A stretch of 64,000 nucleotides of DNA from Tagaea sp. (GCA_965279525.1 CBDIIB010000005.1:288001-352000); one strand, 5' to 3'. Shown: positions 24,074 to 35,639, counted from the stretch's first letter. Made by a program: numbers and translations. Notes: generated from the sequence alone by a model not told the origin.

Positions 24074-25288
24074 ATGGCCCGACGGGTTGACCGGCTTTGG
24101 ACGAACGCCCGTCTCCTGACCATGGCGCCACCCGCCGGTACGGCTGGAGCGACGATACAAGCCGGGATCATCGCCTGCGCGGACGGGCGCATCGTGTACG
24201 CCGGGCCGGCGACCGACGCGCCGGGGTTCGATGCCCCGGATCGGATCGACTGCGAGGGCCGCTGGATCACCCCCGGCCTGATCGACTGCCACACGCACCT
24301 GGTTTTCGGCGGTGATCGTGCGGCCGAATTCGAGATGCGCCTCGACGGTGCGACTTATCAGGAAATCGCCAAAGCCGGCGGCGGCATCGTTTCGACCGTG
24401 CGCGCGACGCGCGCGGCAAGCGACGACGAACTGCTCGCGGCCGCGTGCGGACGCCTCGACCGGCTGATCGCGGAAGGTGCCACGACCGTCGAGATCAAAT
24501 CGGGCTACGGGCTCGATACGGCAAGCGAACTGCGCATGCTGCGTGTCGCGCGCCGTCTGGGGACAGTCCGGCCTGTGGGCATCCGCACCACGTTTCTTGG
24601 CGCACATGCGCTTCCGCCCGAAGCAGGCGGCGACAAGCAGACCTATATCGATCTTGTCTGCCGCGAGATGCTGCCCGCCATCGCGAACGAAGGTCTTGCC
24701 GACGCGGTCGACGGTTTCTGCGAAGGCATCGCCTTCTCGCCTTCCCAGATCGAACAGGTCTTCGCCGCGGCCGCCGCACTCGGCCTGCCGGTCAAACTCC
24801 ACGCCGACCAGCTTTCCGATCTCGGCGGGGCAGCACTCGCCGCACGCCACAAGGCACTGTCGGCCGACCATCTTGAATGGACGAATGCGGCCGGCGTGGC
24901 GGCGATGGCTGCAGCCGGCACAGTCGCGGTCCTTCTCCCCGGCGCCTACTACGTGCTGCGCGAAACGAAGCTGCCGCCGATCGCGGCGCTGCGGCACGCA
25001 GGTGCCCGCATGGCCGTCTCGACCGACTGCAACCCGGGAACCTCGCCGATGACGTCGCTGCTGCTTGCGATGAACATGGCCGCCACGCTGTTCGGGTTGA
25101 CGGTTGCCGAATGCCTTGCCGGCACGACGCGCGAAGCGGCGCAGGCACTGGGTCTCGGCGACAAGACCGGTACGCTCGAGGCCGGGAAATGGTGCGACCT
25201 GGCGATCTGGGACATCGAACGTCCGGCCGAACTCGTCTACCGTCTGGGTTTCAACCCGCTCCATTCGCGCGTTTGGCGCGGCATCTGA
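24074..25288 (+). CDS. hutI: imidazolonepropionase
   Basis: [36 protein letters not shown]. Confidence 0.94.
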   Translation: MARRVDRLWTNARLLTMAPPAGTAGATIQAGIIACADGRIVYAGPATDAPGFDAPDRIDCEGRWITPGLIDCHTHLVFGGDRAAEFEMRLDGATYQEIAKAGGGIVSTVRATRAASDDELLAAACGRLDRLIAEGATTVEIKSGYGLDTASELRMLRVARRLGTVRPVGIRTTFLGAHALPPEAGGDKQTYIDLVCREMLPAIANEGLADAVDGFCEGIAFSPSQIEQVFAAAAALGLPVKLHADQLSDLGGAALAARHKALSADHLEWTNAAGVAAMAAAGTVAVLLPGAYYVLRETKLPPIAALRHAGARMAVSTDCNPGTSPMTSLLLAMNMAATLFGLTVAECLAGTTREAAQALGLGDKTGTLEAGKWCDLAIWDIERPAELVYRLGFNPLHSRVWRGI

Positions 25289-25301
25289 CCGGAAGGGCTC
25301 C

Positions 25302-26966
25302 ATGACCCGCATCGACAACGAACGCCGCATCCGCGCCCCGCGCGGTGCTGAACGGACCGCGAAGAGCTGGCAGACCGAAGCGGCGATGCGCATGCTGATG
25401 AACAATCTCGATGCCGAGGTCGCCGAACGGCCCAGCGAACTCGTCGTCTACGGAGGAATCGGGCGCGCGGCGCGCAATTGGGAAGCGTTCGACCAGATCG
25501 TCGCGGGCCTCAAGACCCTCGAGGACGACCAGACGATGCTCGTCCAGTCGGGCAAGCCGGTCGGCATTTTCCGCACGCACCGCGACGCGCCGCGCGTGCT
25601 CATCGCAAACTCCAATCTCGTGCCGCACTGGGCCACGTGGGATCATTTCCACGAGCTCGACCGCAAGGGCCTCATGATGTACGGCCAGATGACGGCGGGG
25701 TCGTGGATCTATATCGGCACGCAGGGCATCGTCCAGGGCACCTACGAGACTTTTGTCGAGGTCGGCCGGCGTCACTATGGCGGCGATCTGGCCGGCCGCT
25801 GGATCCTGACGGCCGGTCTCGGCGGCATGGGCGGCGCCCAGCCGCTCGCCGCGACGATGGCGGGGGCTTCGTGCCTCGCCATCGAATGCCAGCCGAGCCG
25901 GATCGAGATGCGTCTGCGCACCGGATATGTCGACCGCCGCGCCGACACGCTCGACGAGGCGATGGCGATCATCGAGGAAAGCGTGAAAGCGAAGAAGCCG
26001 GTTTCGGTCGGCCTCCTCGGCAACGCCGCCGACATCCTGCCCGAGATGCTGCGCCGGAAGATCCGCCCCGACGTCGTCACCGACCAGACATCCGCGCACG
26101 ATCCGGTGAACGGCTACCTGCCGCGCGGATGGACCCTCGCCCGGTGGGAAGCCGCCCGCGAGAAGGATCCCAAATCGGTCGAGACCGCATCGCGCCACTC
26201 GATGGCCGAGCATGTGCGCGCGATGCTGGAGTTCCACCGCCTCGGCGTACCGACGCTCGATTACGGCAACAACATCCGCCAGGTCGCGAAAGAGGAAGGT
26301 GTCGCCGACGCCTTCGCCTTCCCGGGCTTCGTGCCGGCCTATATCCGCCCGCTTTTCTGCCGCGGCATCGGCCCGTTCCGCTGGGCGGCGCTGTCCGGCG
26401 ACCCGGAGGACATCTACCGGACGGACGCAAAGGTGAAAGAGCTGCTGCCCGACAACAAGCACCTGCACAACTGGCTCGACATGGCGCGCGCGCGCATCAA
26501 GTTCCAGGGATTGCCGGCGCGCATCTGCTGGGTCGGCCTCGGCGACCGCCACCGCCTCGGCCTTGCCTTCAACGAGATGGTGCGCAACGGCGAACTCAAG
26601 GCCCCGCTCGTCATCGGCCGCGACCATCTCGATTCCGGTTCCGTCGCCAGCCCGAACCGCGAGACCGAAGCGATGAAGGACGGATCGGACGCGGTGTCGG
26701 ACTGGCCGCTTCTCAACGCCCTTCTCAACTGCGCCAGCGGCGCCACGTGGGTATCGCTCCATCATGGCGGCGGCGTCGGCATGGGCTTCTCGCAGCATTC
26801 CGGCATGGTGATCGTGTGCGACGGGACCGAGGATGCGGACCGCCGCCTCGAGCGCGTGCTGTGGAACGACCCCGCGACGGGGGTGATGCGGCACGCGGAT
26901 GCCGGCTATCCGGAAGCCATCGCCTGCGCCCGGGAAAAGCAGCTCGATCTGCCCTTCCTTCGCTAG
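25302..26966 (+). CDS. hutU: urocanate hydratase
   Basis: [48 protein letters not shown]. Confidence 0.96.
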   Translation: MTRIDNERRIRAPRGAERTAKSWQTEAAMRMLMNNLDAEVAERPSELVVYGGIGRAARNWEAFDQIVAGLKTLEDDQTMLVQSGKPVGIFRTHRDAPRVLIANSNLVPHWATWDHFHELDRKGLMMYGQMTAGSWIYIGTQGIVQGTYETFVEVGRRHYGGDLAGRWILTAGLGGMGGAQPLAATMAGASCLAIECQPSRIEMRLRTGYVDRRADTLDEAMAIIEESVKAKKPVSVGLLGNAADILPEMLRRKIRPDVVTDQTSAHDPVNGYLPRGWTLARWEAAREKDPKSVETASRHSMAEHVRAMLEFHRLGVPTLDYGNNIRQVAKEEGVADAFAFPGFVPAYIRPLFCRGIGPFRWAALSGDPEDIYRTDAKVKELLPDNKHLHNWLDMARARIKFQGLPARICWVGLGDRHRLGLAFNEMVRNGELKAPLVIGRDHLDSGSVASPNRETEAMKDGSDAVSDWPLLNALLNCASGATWVSLHHGGGVGMGFSQHSGMVIVCDGTEDADRRLERVLWNDPATGVMRHADAGYPEAIACAREKQLDLPFLR

Positions 26967-27095
26967 CATCCGGCGCCATACGCCATGAGTGCCACTCATC
27001 CGGAGATGAGGCAGCGCGCCTGATCGCGATAACAGGACAATTGCCTTGCACGCCTGAGCAATTGGGTCGGAATATCCGCGCTGTCGCCAATCCTC

Positions 27096-27111
27096 TGGCA
27101 TGAAGCCTGCA
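27096..27111 (+). promoter_or_regulatory. sigma-54 (-24/-12) promoter candidate
   Basis: TGGCATGAAGCCTGCA (GG-N10-GC) about 55 nt upstream of the ABC ATPase start. Confidence 0.6.
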
Positions 27112-27164
27112 AATCCAAACGGGCGGGGCAGCGGCCGGCGACCTCGAGATCTTGGAGAAGTTCG

Positions 27165-28232
27165 ATGTCGAGCGTGACGTTGCAGGGTGTCAGCAAGTCG
27201 TACGGGGCCGTCACGGCATTGCGGACGATGGATCTCGAAATCGCGGAAGGCGAGTTCCTGACGTTGCTCGGGCCGTCGGGATGCGGCAAGACCACGACGC
27301 TGCGGCTTGTCGCCGGATTCATCACGCCGTCGAGCGGCCGCATCCTGTTCGGCGGCGACGACGTTACTGACCTGCCGGCGCAGAAGCGCGAGATCGGCAT
27401 GGTGTTCCAGGACTATGCGCTTTTTCCCCACATGACGATCGCCGACAATATCGGATTCGGTCTGGTCGAGCGTGGACGCAAGTCCGCCGAGATCCGTTCG
27501 AAAGTGAACGAACTTCTCCAGCTGATCCGCCTGCCGGGCGTCGAGAACCGTTTCCCGGCCGAGCTCAGCGGCGGCCAACAGCAGCGCGTTGCCGTGGCCC
27601 GTGCGGTCGCGCATTCGCCGCGCGTCCTGCTGATGGACGAGCCGCTCGGCGCACTCGACCTCAAGCTGCGCGAAGCGATGCAGGCGGAGATCAGCGCCAT
27701 CCAGCATGCGCTCAAGATCACGACTGTCTACGTGACGCACGACCAGTCCGAAGCGATGAGCATGTCCGACCGCATCGCCGTGATGAATGACGGCGTCATC
27801 GAGCAGCTTGGCTCTGCAACCGAGATCTACAACCGTCCGGCCTCGCGCTTCGTGGCGAGTTTCGTCGGCCAGATCAATCTGGTCGAAGGGGATGTCGTCG
27901 CGAACGAGGCGGCGAGTGCCGTGATTTCGGTCGGCGGCACGCATGTCCGGGTCGCGACACCCCAGGCACTGGCCGGCCGCATCACGTTCGGGATCCGGCC
28001 CGAGCAGCTTTCGATCCTTGGCGAGGGCCGTGCGCCGGCGGCAGGCGCAAACGCGCTTCCCGGCACGGTGCGCAGCACCATGTTCGCGGGCAACATCGTC
28101 AAGGTCGAGATCGAGGCCGCCACGCCAGCACCGATCATCGTCGAGACACATCCCAACGCGGCGACCCCGACAGTCGGCCAGCGTGTCCAGGTATCGTGGA
28201 ACCTGCCGAACGCCGTCGTCCTGGCGAACTGA
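27165..28232 (+). CDS. ABC transporter ATP-binding protein (PotA-like)
   Basis: GPSGCGKT, LSGGQQQR, LLMDEP, C-terminal TOBE-like region. Confidence 0.92.
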   Translation: MSSVTLQGVSKSYGAVTALRTMDLEIAEGEFLTLLGPSGCGKTTTLRLVAGFITPSSGRILFGGDDVTDLPAQKREIGMVFQDYALFPHMTIADNIGFGLVERGRKSAEIRSKVNELLQLIRLPGVENRFPAELSGGQQQRVAVARAVAHSPRVLLMDEPLGALDLKLREAMQAEISAIQHALKITTVYVTHDQSEAMSMSDRIAVMNDGVIEQLGSATEIYNRPASRFVASFVGQINLVEGDVVANEAASAVISVGGTHVRVATPQALAGRITFGIRPEQLSILGEGRAPAAGANALPGTVRSTMFAGNIVKVEIEAATPAPIIVETHPNAATPTVGQRVQVSWNLPNAVVLAN

Positions 28233-28243
28233 AGGAGCGCCCA

Positions 28244-29212
28244 ATGGCAATCCCCGTCATCGACATCGCCCCGTTCCGGGATGCCGGCGGCAAGGCCGGC
28301 GTGGCCCGGGCCGTCGCACGTGCTTGCGAGGACGTCGGGTTCTTCTGCATCTCCGGGCATGGCGTGGATTCCGGCCTGACCGAACGCGCCTTCGCCATTT
28401 CGCGCGACTTCTTCGACCAGCCGGCCGACGTGAAGATGCGGTTCCGGCCGGCGGGCGAAGTGGCGCCGCGCGGCTACGCGGCGATGGAAAGCAAGGGCCT
28501 GGGTGCCACGCTCGGCCAGAACGTGCCCAAGGATCTGCGCGAGCAGTTCATGCTCGGCACGCTGGCACCGATCACGCCGGCCCTGTCGAAGGTACCCGAA
28601 GCGGCCGGCTGCTACGCGCCGAACGTTTGGCCCGATACACCTGCCGAGTATCGCCCGATCTTCACCGAGCTCTATCGTTCGTTCGAATCGCTTGCCGGAA
28701 CGCTGATGCGCATCTTCGCGCTCGGCCTCGAGCTCCCCGAGCACTATTTCGCCGACAAGATCGACCATCATTTCAGCGTGCTCGGGTCGAACCACTATCC
28801 GCCGCTCACGCATCCGCCGCTGCCGGGCCAGCTGCGTACCGGCGAACACACGGATTTCGGCAGCCTGACGATCCTGCTTCCGACCGCCGGCCCCGGCGGA
28901 CTGCAGGTGCGCCTCGCTGACGGCACGTGGACCGACGTGCAGCCGATCCCCGGCGCGCTCATCATCAATATCGGCGACATGATGGCACGATGGACGAACG
29001 ACCGCTGGCGTTCGACCCTGCATCGCGTCGCGAACCCGCCCGAAGCGGCGGCGGCGATGAGCCGGCGCCAGTCGATCGCGTTCTTCTGCCATCCGAATTA
29101 CGACACCGAGATCCGCTGCATCGAGAGCTGCACAAGCCCCGATCGGCCACCGCTCTATCCGCCGATCCTCGCGGGCGAGCACATGCGGATGAAAATGGTG
29201 AAAAGGCTGTGA
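28244..29212 (+). CDS. isopenicillin N synthase-family 2OG-Fe(II) oxygenase
   Basis: IPVIDI, HTD...H (GEHTDFG, TLHRV), RQSIAFF. Confidence 0.9.
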   Translation: MAIPVIDIAPFRDAGGKAGVARAVARACEDVGFFCISGHGVDSGLTERAFAISRDFFDQPADVKMRFRPAGEVAPRGYAAMESKGLGATLGQNVPKDLREQFMLGTLAPITPALSKVPEAAGCYAPNVWPDTPAEYRPIFTELYRSFESLAGTLMRIFALGLELPEHYFADKIDHHFSVLGSNHYPPLTHPPLPGQLRTGEHTDFGSLTILLPTAGPGGLQVRLADGTWTDVQPIPGALIINIGDMMARWTNDRWRSTLHRVANPPEAAAAMSRRQSIAFFCHPNYDTEIRCIESCTSPDRPPLYPPILAGEHMRMKMVKRL

Positions 29213-30594
29213 CGCTGGGCACGCAGCTTGCGGACTGGGCCGCCGGCCTGCGGTTCGACGACCTGCCGGCCGAAGTCGTGGCCGACTGCCGCCTGCGCCT
29301 GCTCGACACGCTGGGCGTGGCACTTGCTGCAGCGCCCTTGCCGATCGGCGTCGCGGTGCGCACGGCCGGCCGCGCGATGGGTGGCGGCGATGCCGCGACG
29401 GTGCTGGGTGAAGGAACACGCAGCTCGGCCGCGAACGCCGCCCTCGTCAACGGCACGCTCGCGCATGCGATGGACTTCGACGACACGCATAACGAGTCGG
29501 TGATGCATCCGAGTGCGCCTGCGGTTACGGCCGCTCTGGCCGCCTGCGAGGCGATCCGCGCGAACGGGCGGGAACTGATCGTCGGGATCGCCATCGGCAA
29601 TGAGCTTGGCTGCCGCCTCGGGCTCGTCACGCCTGGCGCGTTCCATGGCGTGGGCCTGCATCCGACCAGCGTGCTTGGCGCGCCCGCCGCGACCGCCGCG
29701 GTCGGCCGAATTTGGCATCTTTCGCCGGCGCAGATCGCATCGGGCTTCGGAATCTCCGCCAGCCAGGCATCCGGCGTGCTCGAGGCGTATAGCGACGGGA
29801 CATGGTCGAAGACGCTGCATCCGGGCTGGGCTGCGCACGCCGCGATCGTCGCCGGCCATCTGGCACAGGCCGGCTTCACCGGACCCGCGACCGCATTCGA
29901 GGGTCGCTACGGCATCTACAAGGCATTGCTGCCAGCCGACACGAAGATGGATCTCGCCGCCGCGACCGACGGGTTGGGACAGGACTGGACCTGCCTCGAC
30001 ACGGCTTTCAAGCTCTATCCCAACGCGCACGCGATCCACGCCTTCATCGAAGGGGCCTTGCAGTTGCGGGGCGCGCACAATCTGTCTGCCGGACAGATAC
30101 AGTCAGTCGAACTCGCCGTTCCTGCCGAGTTCGTCGGCCAGATCGCGGAACCGCGCGACGCCAAGCTGGCGCCCCGTACATCCACGCATGCGCGCGCCAG
30201 CGTGTTCTACGCGGTCGCCGCAGCACTGGTCGATGGCGAGGTCAATGCCGCGCACTACGAGGGCGATGCGTTCCGCCGCCCGGACCTTCTGGCAATGGCG
30301 CAGCGCATCGTCGCGCGCATCGTCCCGGCCGGCGATGCGATCCGCTTCTCGGGCGGCGTGACGATTCGGCACAAAGACGGTCCGGACGTGTCGACTTTCG
30401 TTGCCGAAGCCGATGGAACAGGCGCGCGCCGTCTCGACGAGACGCGGATCATCGGCAAGTTTGCGGCGACTGCCGGTTCGGTGCTGCTGCCGGCCGCACG
30501 CGACCGGCTGGCCGAACTGATCTTGTCGGCCGACCGGATCGACGACGTGTCCGCACTTGCCGCCGCGTGCACCATTCCGGGGTTGGACCGATGA
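29209..30594 (+). CDS. MmgE/PrpD family protein
   Basis: NGTLAHAMDFDDTH, KTLHPGWAA, GFTGP, FKLYP. Confidence 0.88.
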   Translation: MTLGTQLADWAAGLRFDDLPAEVVADCRLRLLDTLGVALAAAPLPIGVAVRTAGRAMGGGDAATVLGEGTRSSAANAALVNGTLAHAMDFDDTHNESVMHPSAPAVTAALAACEAIRANGRELIVGIAIGNELGCRLGLVTPGAFHGVGLHPTSVLGAPAATAAVGRIWHLSPAQIASGFGISASQASGVLEAYSDGTWSKTLHPGWAAHAAIVAGHLAQAGFTGPATAFEGRYGIYKALLPADTKMDLAAATDGLGQDWTCLDTAFKLYPNAHAIHAFIEGALQLRGAHNLSAGQIQSVELAVPAEFVGQIAEPRDAKLAPRTSTHARASVFYAVAAALVDGEVNAAHYEGDAFRRPDLLAMAQRIVARIVPAGDAIRFSGGVTIRHKDGPDVSTFVAEADGTGARRLDETRIIGKFAATAGSVLLPAARDRLAELILSADRIDDVSALAAACTIPGLDR

Positions 30595-31067
30595 TCCGCC
30601 TCAGCGCCCGAAAGCTGACCGAGGATGCGTTCCGGCCCTTCGGCCCGGTCATGGCGGTCCCTGTCGGCGGCGCACGCACCGGTCCGCTGCCGGTGATCGC
30701 CGATCCGCGCCCGGCAGCGAAGGTGACCGCGACATTGATCGACTTGCCGCCGCAAACGGCACCGCGGACGGTGCGGATGATCGAGCGGCACATGAATTCC
30801 GCCCAGTTCTTCCTGCATCTGTCGGGTGGCGCCCTATCGCTGGTCGTGTTCCCGACGGGCGCCGACGGCCAACCGAATCTCTCCGGCGCATGTGCCTTCA
30901 TCGCGGCATCCGGCCAGGCCTTCGGCTATCATCCGGGAACGTGGCACGCCGGCGTTGCCGCACTGGGCGACGGCGCCAAGGTCGCCTCGCTGCTCAGCCG
31001 CGACGGCACGCCGGGCGATGTCGAGGAAAGAACGCTCGCCGAGGCGATCGAGGTCGACTGGACATGA
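30591..31067 (+). CDS. ureidoglycolate lyase-like cupin
   Basis: LTEDAFRPFG, IERHMNSAQFF, YHPGTWHA. Confidence 0.8.
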   Translation: MIRLSARKLTEDAFRPFGPVMAVPVGGARTGPLPVIADPRPAAKVTATLIDLPPQTAPRTVRMIERHMNSAQFFLHLSGGALSLVVFPTGADGQPNLSGACAFIAASGQAFGYHPGTWHAGVAALGDGAKVASLLSRDGTPGDVEERTLAEAIEVDWT

Positions 31068-31981
31068 GCCAAGCCCCCTACCCGCGCGACATGATCGGCT
31101 ATGGCCGCAAGCGCCCCGATCCGAAATGGCCGAACAAGGCGCGCCTCGCGCTCAATTTCGTCCTCAACTACGAGGAAGGGTCCGAGTACTCGTTTCCCGA
31201 CGGCGACGGCGCTTCGGAAACGCAGCTTCTCGAAGCCACGCCGTCGATGCCGCCGGGTACGCGCGATCTCAACGCGGAATCGATCTACGAATTCGGCAGT
31301 CGCGTGGGCGTGTGGCGGCTGATCGGCCTGCTCCGGGAATACGAGATGCCGGCAACCGTGTTCGGCTGCGCGCTGGCGCTCGAACGCAACCCGCAGGTCG
31401 TCACGGCGATCCGCGAGGCCGGATACGACGTGTGCAGTCATGGCTGGCGGTGGATCAAGCACTGGCTGCTGAAGCCCGACGAGGAAAGAGAGCATATCGC
31501 ACGCGCCGTCGCCTCGCTGGCACGCAGCTTCGGCGAGCGGCCGCTCGGCTGGTATTGCCGCACCGGCCCGAGCGTGGAGACACGCAAGCTGCTCGTCGAG
31601 GAAGGCGGCTTCCTCTACGACAGCGACTCCTACGCCGACGAGCTTCCCTACTGGGACACGCGCCATGGCCGGCCGCATCTGGTGATCCCGTACTCGGTCG
31701 ACAGCAACGACACGAAATTCGCCAACCCGGCCGGCTTCGGGAACGGCGAGGAATTCTACTCGTATCTGAAAGACAGCTTCGACTGCCTCTATCGCGAAGG
31801 TGCGAAGCAACCTGGGATGATGTCGGTCGGCCTGCATATGCGCCTTGCCGGCCGGCCGGGCCGCGCCGAAGCGTTCCGCCGCTTCCTCAACTATGTGCGC
31901 AGGCATGACGGCGTTTGGATCTGCCGCCGCATCGACATCGCCCGACACTGGATCGCGACACACCCCTGCTCCGCTTCCTGA
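31064..31981 (+). CDS. puuE: allantoinase PuuE-like polysaccharide deacetylase family protein
   Basis: YPRDMIGYG, NYEEG, ESIYEFGSRVG, SHGWRW, DSYADELPYW, MSVGLHMRL. Confidence 0.8.
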   Translation: MSQAPYPRDMIGYGRKRPDPKWPNKARLALNFVLNYEEGSEYSFPDGDGASETQLLEATPSMPPGTRDLNAESIYEFGSRVGVWRLIGLLREYEMPATVFGCALALERNPQVVTAIREAGYDVCSHGWRWIKHWLLKPDEEREHIARAVASLARSFGERPLGWYCRTGPSVETRKLLVEEGGFLYDSDSYADELPYWDTRHGRPHLVIPYSVDSNDTKFANPAGFGNGEEFYSYLKDSFDCLYREGAKQPGMMSVGLHMRLAGRPGRAEAFRRFLNYVRRHDGVWICRRIDIARHWIATHPCSAS

Positions 31982-31991
31982 CGAGGACGCC

Positions 31992-33345
31992 ATGACCGAA
32001 GATGTCCGCCACGCAAGGGCTCCGTTCCGCGGCTACGACCTGCGCCTGCCGGCGGAACCGGATGCCGAAATCACGCGCGTCGAGCCGGGCACGCCGGCAG
32101 GCGAGTATCTGCGTCGTTTCTGGACACCGGTCGCGATGACATCCCAGCTTGGCGCCAAACCCGTTCCAATCCGCATCCTCGGTGAGGATCTCGTCGATCT
32201 TCCGCGACGGCAGCGGCAATATCGGCCTGCTGCACCGGCACTGCGCGCACCGGCGTGCGTCCCTCGAGTTCGGACGCATCGAGCAGCGCGGGATCCGCTG
32301 CTGCTATCACGGCTGGCATTTCGACGTCGACGGCACGATCCTGGAAACGCCGGGCGAGCCGGCGTCGAGTTCGATCTGCAAGTCCGTCTGCCAGCCGGCC
32401 TATCCGGTGCGCGAGATGAAGGGCCTCGTCTTCGCCTTTATGGGCCCGCCGGACGACATGCCGGCCTTCCCTTATCTCGACTCGCTCGACCTGCCGGACC
32501 ACGAGCTCATCCCCTACTCCATCCATTCGCCGTGCAACTGGCTGCAGGAGACCGAGAACGCGATCGATCCCTACCATTCGGTATTCCTGCACGGACGTGT
32601 CAACGGTCCGCAGTTCCCCGGTCTCGAGCATTTCGTCGAGTTGCCTGTCGTCTCGTATTTCCGGCGCGAAGCCGGCATCGTCTACAGCCATGCGCGGCGC
32701 GTCGGCGATCTCGTCATGCTTCGCTTCCACGACTACCTGATGCCGAACCTCGCGCAGAACGGCGGCATGTTCCAGCGGCTGGAGAAGCCCCAGTTTTTCG
32801 GCCGCACGAGCCTGACCAAGTGGGTCGTGCCGATCGACAGCACGAACAGCCGGAAGTTCGGCTGGCGGCATTTCAACGACAAGGACGAAGTGCTGCGCCA
32901 GGGCAAGCGCGACGAGGTCGGCTGGGAGACGGTCGATTTCTACGGCCAGACCGCGCACCGCCCCTACGAAGAGCGCCAGTCGAATCCCGGCGACTGGGAT
33001 GTCTGGGTCAGCCAGGGACCGATCGCGGTGCATTCGCGCGAGTATCTCGGGCGCACCGACGAAGGCATCGCGATGCTGCGCCGGCGGCTGCGCCGCGAGA
33101 TCCGCGCACTCGCTGAAGGCAAAAGCCCGGCACGCGCCGCTGGCGATGCAGACAATCCGTTCCCGACCTATGGCGGCGACACGGTGCTGCGTGTCGCCAA
33201 GACAAACGACGACGAAGCGACCATGAAAGCCGTGCAGAACCAGGTGGCGGAGATCTATTTCGCCGCCGACGGACTGAAGGGCGAGGCGCGGTCGGCGCGC
33301 ATCAAGGCCGACCTCAAGGCGAAATTCCCGGATTCGGCGAGCTAG
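31992..33345 (+). pseudogene. Rieske aromatic-ring-hydroxylating oxygenase alpha subunit, frameshifted near 32196
   Basis: N-terminus GTPAGEYLRRFW...ILGEDLV is in one frame; IFRDGSG...CAH...CCYHGW...DPYHSVFLH is in the next frame; one extra G at about 32196. Confidence 0.8.
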
Positions 33346-35639
33346 TCGCGCGCGACGAACTTCGGCGGATCGAACGCCGCGATGCGTGCGAGCGGCCCGT
33401 CATGGCGTTCGATTTGGACCAGCGCGGACTGTGCTGCACAGCCTTGCGAGAGCTTCGACGAGGGCCGGTCGGCGGTGATCATGTTGGGATTGCCGTGGCG
33501 ATCGAGGGCGCCGATCACACCGGGCGTCTCGGGATCGTACCAGGCACCGGTCGCGATCTGGACGACACCGGGCCTCAACCCGTCCGTCACACGCGCCGCC
33601 GCAAGGAAGGCACCCCGGTCGTTGAAGACCCGCACGATGTCGTCGCTGCGGATCCCGCGGGCGGCCGCATCCACCGTTGCGATCGAGATCGGTTCGCGGC
33701 CATTGATCTTCGACTGAACGCTGATGCTGCCATGGTCGTACTGGCTGTGCAGCCGCGTCGCCGGCTGGTTCGACAGCAGATGCAGCGGAAAATGCTTGGC
33801 AAGCGGTGCACCCAGCCATTCCTCGGCCGGGCGCCACACCGCATGACCGGGGCAGTCTTCGTAGCCGAAGCCGGCGATCGTGTCGGAATGGAGCTCGATG
33901 CGCCCGGACGGCGTGGCAAGCGGTGTGGTTTGCGGATCGGCGCGGAAGGCGGCGAACAACGTGCGTTCGGCATCCCCGGGCGGCAGCTCGAAATAGTCCT
34001 CGCTCCAGAACCGGTCGAATTCGGGCAGATCGATTCCCTTCGCGTGGGCGGTCGCTCGTGATTCGTCATAGAGGACCCGCAGCCAGTCCTGCACCGTACG
34101 ACCGCACGTGAAGGCGGATTCGACATCGAGACGGCGTGCCAGCCCGGCGAAGATCGCGTAGTCGTCTCGCGCCTCGCCGACTGGCGCGACCGCCGACTTC
34201 ATCGCGACGAGGTACGCGTCGTCGCCGGCGGCCCCGATATCGTCGCGCTCCAGCGACGTCGTCGCCGGCAGGACGATGTCGGAGAACTTGGCCTGTGCGG
34301 TCCAGAACTGCTCGTGCACGATCGTCGTTTCCGGCCGCCGCCACGCCGCGACAAGCCGGTTGATGTCCTGGTGGTGGTGGAAGACGTTGCCGCCCGCCCA
34401 ATAGACGAGACGGATGTCGGGATAGACGCAGCGCTGGCCATTGTAGTCGAACGACGTTCCCGGCCCGAGCAGCATGTCGGCGATGCGCGCGACCGGGATG
34501 AATGCCTTTACCGGATTGTCGCCCTGCGGCAGGCGCGGACCGGCGAAGCCAGTCGTGCGAGCGCCCACGCCATTGATCGCCGCGTAGCCGAACCCGATTC
34601 CGCCGCCCGGCAGGCCGATCTGGCCGAGGATCGCGGCAAGCGTCACCGCGGCCCAATAAGGCTGCTCGCCGTGGCGCGCGCGCTGCAACGACCAGCTTAT
34701 CGCGATCATCGTGCGATTCGTCGCCATCTGGACGGCGAGTGCGCGGATACGCTCGGCGGATACGCCGGAGATTGTGCTTGCCCACTCGGCCGTCTTGGCC
34801 TGTCCGTCCTCGTGCCCCAGTAAATAGTCGATCACGCGTCCCGCACCGACACAGTGCGTCGCCAAAAAGGCCTTGTCGTGAAGGTCCCGCACGACGATCT
34901 CGTGCGCGAGTGCGATCATCACGCACGCGTCGGTGTTGGGTCGGATTGACAGCCACTCCGCGGACCCGTCGGCAAGATCGGCACGCGCCGGCGAGACGTT
35001 GACCAGGATCGCACCCGTGCCGGCAAGCCGCCGTATCCGCTCGGCGACGTCGTGGTCGCCCACACCGCCGGCATTGACCTGCGCATTCTTGATCGGCAGC
35101 CCGCCGAATGCCACGAGAACCCTGCAATGCCGTTCGAGGCTTTCCCATGCCGAGGCGTCGCGGTTCAGCGTCTCGACGGGTGCCAGGATGTGCGGCAGCA
35201 GCACGCGCGCGGCGCCAAGACTGTAACTGTCCATGTGCCGGACATAGCCGCCGACGCAGTTGAGGAAGCGGTGGATCTGGCTTTGCGCATGATGGAATCG
35301 CCCGGCGCTGGCCCAACCATACGAGCCGCCGAAGACCGCCGTGTTGCCGTGCGCTCCGATCGTGCCGCGCAGTGCCTGCGCGACGATGTCCAGCGCTTCG
35401 TCCCACGGCACCTCGACAAACGGCTCGCTGCCGCGCGCCTCCCGGCTTGCCGGACCGTTCGCGAGATAGCCCTTGCGGATCGCCGGCCGACGCACCCGCG
35501 CCGGTCCGTCGAGCGCGGCGGCCATCGACTGGCCAATCGGTGACGGCGAACGGTCGCGCTCGAACGGATCGAGACCCGCAAGCACGCCGTCGCGCACGCG
35601 CGTGCGGTAGATGCCCCAATGCGTCGACGTGAGGGCCAT
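33342..35639 (-). CDS. molybdopterin (DMSO reductase family) oxidoreductase, BisC/TorZ-like, no Tat leader
   Basis: STHWG, GGSYGWASAGRFHHAQ, YWAGGN, DIVLPATT, RLHSQ. Confidence 0.9.
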   Translation of the reverse strand: MALTSTHWGIYRTRVRDGVLAGLDPFERDRSPSPIGQSMAAALDGPARVRRPAIRKGYLANGPASREARGSEPFVEVPWDEALDIVAQALRGTIGAHGNTAVFGGSYGWASAGRFHHAQSQIHRFLNCVGGYVRHMDSYSLGAARVLLPHILAPVETLNRDASAWESLERHCRVLVAFGGLPIKNAQVNAGGVGDHDVAERIRRLAGTGAILVNVSPARADLADGSAEWLSIRPNTDACVMIALAHEIVVRDLHDKAFLATHCVGAGRVIDYLLGHEDGQAKTAEWASTISGVSAERIRALAVQMATNRTMIAISWSLQRARHGEQPYWAAVTLAAILGQIGLPGGGIGFGYAAINGVGARTTGFAGPRLPQGDNPVKAFIPVARIADMLLGPGTSFDYNGQRCVYPDIRLVYWAGGNVFHHHQDINRLVAAWRRPETTIVHEQFWTAQAKFSDIVLPATTSLERDDIGAAGDDAYLVAMKSAVAPVGEARDDYAIFAGLARRLDVESAFTCGRTVQDWLRVLYDESRATAHAKGIDLPEFDRFWSEDYFELPPGDAERTLFAAFRADPQTTPLATPSGRIELHSDTIAGFGYEDCPGHAVWRPAEEWLGAPLAKHFPLHLLSNQPATRLHSQYDHGSISVQSKINGREPISIATVDAAARGIRSDDIVRVFNDRGAFLAAARVTDGLRPGVVQIATGAWYDPETPGVIGALDRHGNPNMITADRPSSKLSQGCAAQSALVQIERHDGPLARIAAFDPPKFVARD

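Noticed and set aside
25251-28250. 999-aa minus-strand ORF and other very long ORFs (e.g. 46186..49368 +, 44056..46005 +, 23864..25405 -)
   Set aside because: Antisense or alternate-frame shadows of well-supported genes, expected in high-GC DNA; no recognisable motifs.
28244-29212. IPNS-family oxygenases as evidence of beta-lactam or other secondary metabolite biosynthesis
   Set aside because: No NRPS/ACV synthetase or other biosynthetic core; the context of importers and hydrolases is catabolic.
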